Shown here in pieces: positions 59,175-64,000 of a DNA stretch of 64,000 nt. Each line of letters opens with the position of its first letter. Positions within the stretch are counted from its first letter, which is position 1. A program made the position numbers and the translations under genes. The notes beneath the pieces are model-generated. The model was not told the DNA's origin, did not search any database, and worked only from the letters and a program-made list of their open reading frames with translations. Source of the stretch: Bdellovibrionota bacterium (GTDB taxonomy: Bacteria > Bdellovibrionota > UBA1018 > CAIPTA01 > JAALKR01). The stretch lies in assembly GCA_965207455.1 (NCBI GenBank), contig CBDBMJ010000003.1, forward strand, positions 352,001 through 416,000, given 5' to 3'.

Positions 59175-60861
59175 CGCCTTTTTGCTAATTGCTCTTTTAT
59201 TTTCTACTGTGGGGTGGACTCAGGTGGGAGATAAAAAACCCTCTCCTGTACCAACGGCTAATGGGTCTGCCCAGCTAGACAAGCGTCTGAGAATAAAAAA
59301 ATTATTTGTATTTCCAACCAAGGATACGTTAGGTGGAGTTTTAGGCAAGCGTCTTAGCAGGGTTCTTCTTACTAGTTTAGGAAAGAATGCTAGATTTACT
59401 ATTATAAGAGATAAAAATATTATTAATGCCATCGGCTTGGATGAAGGCACCTATAGGAAAATTTTAAATAGTCGTAAGGTTCGTGCACAAGTAGCAAAAA
59501 TATCGAAGGCAGATATTATTATCCGAATGGACTTAAAGCATATTGGTGATGGATTTAAAATACAGCAGGCTTGGTACACCGCAGATGGGCGACTGTTGTT
59601 TCTCGAAGAAGGTGAAGGCAAAGGAGGGAAAGAAGAAAAATACGATTCCCTAGTGACCAGCTTAACAGAAAAGATAATCCAACAAATTCCATTTCAAGGA
59701 AATATTACAGGCAGATCGGGTAATACGCTCACATTGGATTTGGATCGAACTCAGATGAGCCCTGGAGATGTCTTTGAAATAGTACGGATTGTTTCTGAAA
59801 AACGCCACCCACTACTGAAAACCTTGGTGGGTGTTGACTATGTGGTTACAGGCAAAGCCAGAATAACAGATTCCGATTCGGTTTTATCCTTTGCAGAAAT
59901 TATTACAGAAAACTCAAGCGATGGTATTTTTGTAAATAATAAAATTATTGGAACAAAAAAGATAATTGCCAAAGAGTCACCAAAAATAGAAACTATGGTG
60001 GAGGAAAGTGCAGTCAAGAAAACTATGGAAACAACAAAAGAAATGGAAGAGACACAAGAGGAGCCTTTATTAGATAAAATGTTCGTGGCAGGTGATGGAA
60101 GAAAAGAAGATGAAATGCCTAGTTCAGAGGCAACACCAATAGAGGAAGAAACAGCAGAAGAGCTAACCCTGAACCAGCCAGAGCAAAAAAGTGTTGCACG
60201 CTATATGCCCAAGAGGAACCCTAAGTATGGCCTTTTTGGATCTAAATTTTTATTTGGAAACATTTACCACGAAAGTACCGCTTCAGATGGAAGCAGCTCA
60301 TATACCTCAGGATTTGCTCAAGGGGTGGGGTTTTTCAATGAACTATGGATAACGAAATATTTAATTTTTGGCGCAGAATATGAGTTTATGTACGGCGACT
60401 TAGATGATGTGGCAGATGGACCAGAAATCCCAGATGCTTCATGGAAGGCGTTTAACGCTTTCTTGGGATATCGTCATTTTATAGGTAGTAATCATGTAAT
60501 GTTAGGATTGGGATTCCAGAACATTGATGTCACCCTTCCCTCCATTGCTATAAAAGAAAAAGGATATTCGGGGATTCTATTAAAATTTTCAGGGAACCTT
60601 CAAATAAGTGCGAAAAATGAAATAAAACTCTCCTTAAATATACAGCCTTTTTCGGCCTTCTCTTACGAGGGAGATATTTCAAAGGAGTCGGAAAATTCAA
60701 GTGTGATAGGGATTAGCTTGGATTGGCTTTTGCGTTGGAACAATAGGTTCTCTCTGCGGGTGAACGCTTATTTCAAATCCAGCGAAACTACGTTTACAGA
60801 CAGAGATACTGTTGCTGACTCTCGATTTTATATTAGCCCAGGGCTTTTATATTTGTTTTAG
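59161..60861 (+). CDS. Exported protein with probable C-terminal outer-membrane beta-barrel
   Basis: Signal peptide, acidic linker, amphipathic strands, terminal YLF. Confidence 0.65.
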   Translation: MFRYSAFLLIALLFSTVGWTQVGDKKPSPVPTANGSAQLDKRLRIKKLFVFPTKDTLGGVLGKRLSRVLLTSLGKNARFTIIRDKNIINAIGLDEGTYRKILNSRKVRAQVAKISKADIIIRMDLKHIGDGFKIQQAWYTADGRLLFLEEGEGKGGKEEKYDSLVTSLTEKIIQQIPFQGNITGRSGNTLTLDLDRTQMSPGDVFEIVRIVSEKRHPLLKTLVGVDYVVTGKARITDSDSVLSFAEIITENSSDGIFVNNKIIGTKKIIAKESPKIETMVEESAVKKTMETTKEMEETQEEPLLDKMFVAGDGRKEDEMPSSEATPIEEETAEELTLNQPEQKSVARYMPKRNPKYGLFGSKFLFGNIYHESTASDGSSSYTSGFAQGVGFFNELWITKYLIFGAEYEFMYGDLDDVADGPEIPDASWKAFNAFLGYRHFIGSNHVMLGLGFQNIDVTLPSIAIKEKGYSGILLKFSGNLQISAKNEIKLSLNIQPFSAFSYEGDISKESENSSVIGISLDWLLRWNNRFSLRVNAYFKSSETTFTDRDTVADSRFYISPGLLYLF

Positions 60862-60896
60862 CTTCAGCCTCAAAAAAGTATAGCAACAGGGAGAGC

Positions 60897-61975
60897 TTAT
60901 TCTCTAGTACTACAAGTTTTATTAAAGAATGTTGTTCCCGTACAGTACACAGCTAGATTTGTGTTTGTCTCAGAGAGGATTTCATCGTTGCTTGTTACAT
61001 TTGTGATATCCCAACTCGTGACATCAAGAGAAGTTAGGGAACTGGTCTCGTAAAACATATAGCTCATATCTTTGACTGCTCTGGTATCGAAGTTTGATAG
61101 GTCAAGAGAAGTCAGAGAATAAGCTCTTAGGTAAACATGTAATCCATATCTGTTACTCTACTGGTATTAAAGTTTGATAGGTCAAGAGAAGTTAGAGAAC
61201 TAGCTTCGAAAAACATGCCGTACATATTTGTCACTCTACTGGTATTAAAGTTTGATAGGTCAAGAGAGGTTAGAGAACTAGCCCAGGCAAACATGTCGTA
61301 CATATTTGTCACTCTACTGGTATTAAAGTTTGATAGGTCAAGAGAAGTTAGAGAACTAGCCAAGGCAAACATGTATTTCATATTTATTACTCTACTGGTA
61401 TTAAAGTTTGATAGGTCAAGAGAAGTTAGAGAACTAGCTTTGAAAAACATGTATGCCATATTTGTCACCCTACTGGTATTAAAGTTTGATAGGTCAAGAG
61501 AAGTTAGAGAACTAGCTTTGAAAAACATGCCTGCCATATTTGTCACCCTACTGGTATTGCCTTGTCCAATAAATTTTGTGATGTTTGAACAACCCTTAAA
61601 GGCAGATTCTAAGCTTACCCAACTCACATCACCTAGATTTTCCACCGTGTAAATTTTCTCTTTATCTCCCTCATCATTGAAATAAAAAGCCTCCATAGTT
61701 CCAGAGATGCGAATGGTATGAGTCCCCTCCTCTGCGTATTCATGAGTTTTATCAAGGTCAGCATCTGAAGTCACAGCATTGCTCGTTCCATCTCCCCAAT
61801 CAACAGTAAAATCGTAATTATAACCGTCCCTTAAAGGCAAGGTGATGGTTTCATTGGGAGTAGTTGTCCGCCATGTTGATACGAAATCAGTTGTTGGGGG
61901 TGGAGGGAGGTCGGGAGCAGCTTCTCCACAAGAGACCAAAAAAAACATAGCAAAGATAAGATACAAATTCTTCAT
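60897..61975 (-). pseudogene. BspA/DUF285-like leucine-rich-repeat lipoprotein, frameshifted near the C-terminus
   Basis: Lipobox LVSC; PKD-like VDWGDG; 26-aa repeats NTSRVTNMxxMFxxASSLTSLDLSNF; repeats and C-cap continue in another frame from ~61125 to the stop at 60897. Confidence 0.85.
61030..61558 (-). repeat. 78-bp coding tandem repeat
   Basis: CTACTGGTATT at 61158, 61236, 61314, 61392, 61470 and 61548, plus degenerate units. Confidence 0.95.
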
Positions 61976-62322
61976 AATTTTCCCCTTCAATTTTTACACT
62001 CAACTCACGTATATAAATTACAGCATACATCACGCTAAAAATAAAACAATAACCCCAATTAATCTAATCAATGCCTGGCGTTACCTGCTTTTGGTTTTAT
62101 ATTAGATTCCGGCAAATAAGCTGCGATTTATTAGGAGTTATTCCAAACACACAAAGCCTCTTTTAGAGATAAAGGGGATTAAGGCTGCTTTCTATTTGAG
62201 AGGGATTAGTATCTATGGCGAGGAGTGTATGGCAATGGAAGCTAGGCTGTTGTTTTTTTTATACCACTTATTTTAAAAAAACTTGCTGAAAAATACACAA
62301 ATACAGGTATATTTATAGTTTA

Positions 62323-64000
62323 ATGGCACTGGAAGAAATATCTGGAATGGCAAAGAAATCGAAAAAATCCGGGGTACCTGGAAAACTAGATAAATATATT
62401 AAGGAATATTATCCAAATGATCCACCCGTTGTTATTGATCCAAAAAAAGATATTGAGGAATATTGTTCACAATATATTTCCGATTATCTTTTAGATATAA
62501 AAAAACTAGATGAATATATCAAAGAATATTATTTAGACAACGCACCATCCGTTCGTGATTCAGAATATGATGCTCTTTTTAAAAAAGCACAGTCGTTGGA
62601 GGAAATTTTTCCCACACTCAAAAAAGATGATTCTCCCACACATAGAGTGGGAGCACCACCAGCGGAGGGGTTTAAAAAATATACACATAAAAAACCGATG
62701 CTTAGCCTTGCCAACGCGACCACAGAAAATGAACTAATGGATTTTCATAAAAGAATGGGAAAATTACTACCCGAGAATAAAAAAGAAAGTTCCTATTATT
62801 GTGAATTAAAATTTGATGGACTTAGTATTAGCATTATTTACGAAAATGGAAAGCTTACCCATGCGGTTACCCGTGGAAATGGAGAGGAAGGAGAAGAAGT
62901 TACAGCCAATGTTCGTACGATTAAAAATGTTCCTCTGAAGTTAGAGGCAGACAAACCACCAAAATATATTGAAATTCGCGGGGAAGTGATTTTCCCCATA
63001 CCAGCTTTTCGGAATTTAAACAAAGCACAGGAAGAATTGGGAAAAGAACCATTTGCTAACCCAAGAAATGCTGCTGCTGGCAGCATTCGTCAACTGGATT
63101 CAAGATTAACAGCTGAGAGGGATTTATCGGTGTTTGCATACACCATTGGTGGTGTGGATGGGTTTGCCCTGCCCAAAGGTCAAGATGACGTAATTGCTCT
63201 TTTGAAAAAATGGGGTTTTTCATCAGGCAAGCATGCCAGGAAGTGTGCTTCCATTGGAGAGGTATGGAAATATTATAAAGGAATCGAGAAAAAGCGAGAT
63301 AGTTTAGACGTGGATATCGATGGTGTGGTGGTAAAAATTAACGATCTGCAATTACAGAAAAATATGGGAGCTGTAGCTCGAAGACCCAGATCCATGATTG
63401 CCATAAAGTTTCCACCTCGAATAGAAGAAACGGTATTAAAAAATATTGAAATTCAAGTGGGCAGAACAGGAGTAATTTCGCCGGTGGCTATTTTAGAACC
63501 TGTGAATATTTCTGGTGTTATTGTTAGTCGAGCAAGTTTATATAACAAAGATGAAATAAAACGAAAAGATATTCGACCGGGCGACACGGTAGTTGTGGAA
63601 AGAGCTGGAGATGTAATACCGAAAGTAGTTCGTGTTGTAAGAGAGAAAAGAACAGGAAAAGAAAAAAAGTTTATTTTCCCCACAAAATGTCCAAGCTGCC
63701 TAAAAAAATTAAAACAATCCGATGGAAAGGTTGCCATTCTTTGTGTAAATCCAAAATGTCCTGCGCAAGTGCATGCCAGGATCGCGTATTTTGCCTCAAA
63801 ACGAGCAATGAATATTGAAAAAATGGGACCATCGCGCATCCATCAGTTGATAGAGGCCAAGATTATTAGTAAGCCATCTGACTTATATAAACTAACCAAG
63901 GATAATTTTTTAACCCTGGAGCGAGTAAAAGAGAAATCTGCAGATAATTTTTATGAAGCTATTGCAAAGAGCAAAAAAGCCTCTTTGCCTAGAGTGATTT
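62323..64000 (+). CDS. ligA: NAD-dependent DNA ligase; runs off the right edge
   Basis: Not in the ORF track; YY...P...DSEYD, SPTHRVG, PMLSL, ELKFDG, TRGNG, ANPRNAAAGS; start 62323 or 62347. Confidence 0.97.
   Translation, partial: MALEEISGMAKKSKKSGVPGKLDKYIKEYYPNDPPVVIDPKKDIEEYCSQYISDYLLDIKKLDEYIKEYYLDNAPSVRDSEYDALFKKAQSLEEIFPTLKKDDSPTHRVGAPPAEGFKKYTHKKPMLSLANATTENELMDFHKRMGKLLPENKKESSYYCELKFDGLSISIIYENGKLTHAVTRGNGEEGEEVTANVRTIKNVPLKLEADKPPKYIEIRGEVIFPIPAFRNLNKAQEELGKEPFANPRNAAAGSIRQLDSRLTAERDLSVFAYTIGGVDGFALPKGQDDVIALLKKWGFSSGKHARKCASIGEVWKYYKGIEKKRDSLDVDIDGVVVKINDLQLQKNMGAVARRPRSMIAIKFPPRIEETVLKNIEIQVGRTGVISPVAILEPVNISGVIVSRASLYNKDEIKRKDIRPGDTVVVERAGDVIPKVVRVVREKRTGKEKKFIFPTKCPSCLKKLKQSDGKVAILCVNPKCPAQVHARIAYFASKRAMNIEKMGPSRIHQLIEAKIISKPSDLYKLTKDNFLTLERVKEKSADNFYEAIAKSKKASLPRVI

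Overview
Bacterial chromosome segment spanning the replication origin. The core order is gyrA-gyrB-recF-dnaN-[oriC]-dnaA / rpmH-rnpA-yidD-yidC-mnmE-mnmG-rsmG...parA-parB-bactofilin-atpF'FHAGDC, with atpIZBE split off after gyrA. This layout suggests Bdellovibrionota or a related deltaproteobacterial lineage (inference). Other core features are tuf between tRNA-Thr and tRNA-Trp, smc, a dksA-like gene, PMM/PGM, uvrA, a truncated ligA, five tRNAs and a perfect parS. Four accessory features stand out. (1) A tandem array of three secreted pentapeptide-repeat genes plus a promoterless remnant lies between rsmG and parA. The copies are built from a reused vocabulary of 15-bp modules and have mosaic caps. 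(2) An AT-rich island at 10.5-18.5 kb carries an XRE-HTH/SpoIIE phosphatase + RsbW-like + STAS module with no sigma factor. It converges on a doubly broken IrrE-like/PIN toxin-antitoxin pair and also holds a truncated ABC-F, a Cys-type patatin and an ISL3 remnant. (3) A structured ~225-bp tRNA-linked repeat is tandem at tRNA-Ser and partly copied at tRNA-Trp, and it contains 13 nt antisense to the T-arm both tRNAs share. (4) A frameshifted BspA-like lipoprotein. The frameshifts and deletions I found are all in accessory genes. All calls come from reading motifs by eye; no database searches were run.
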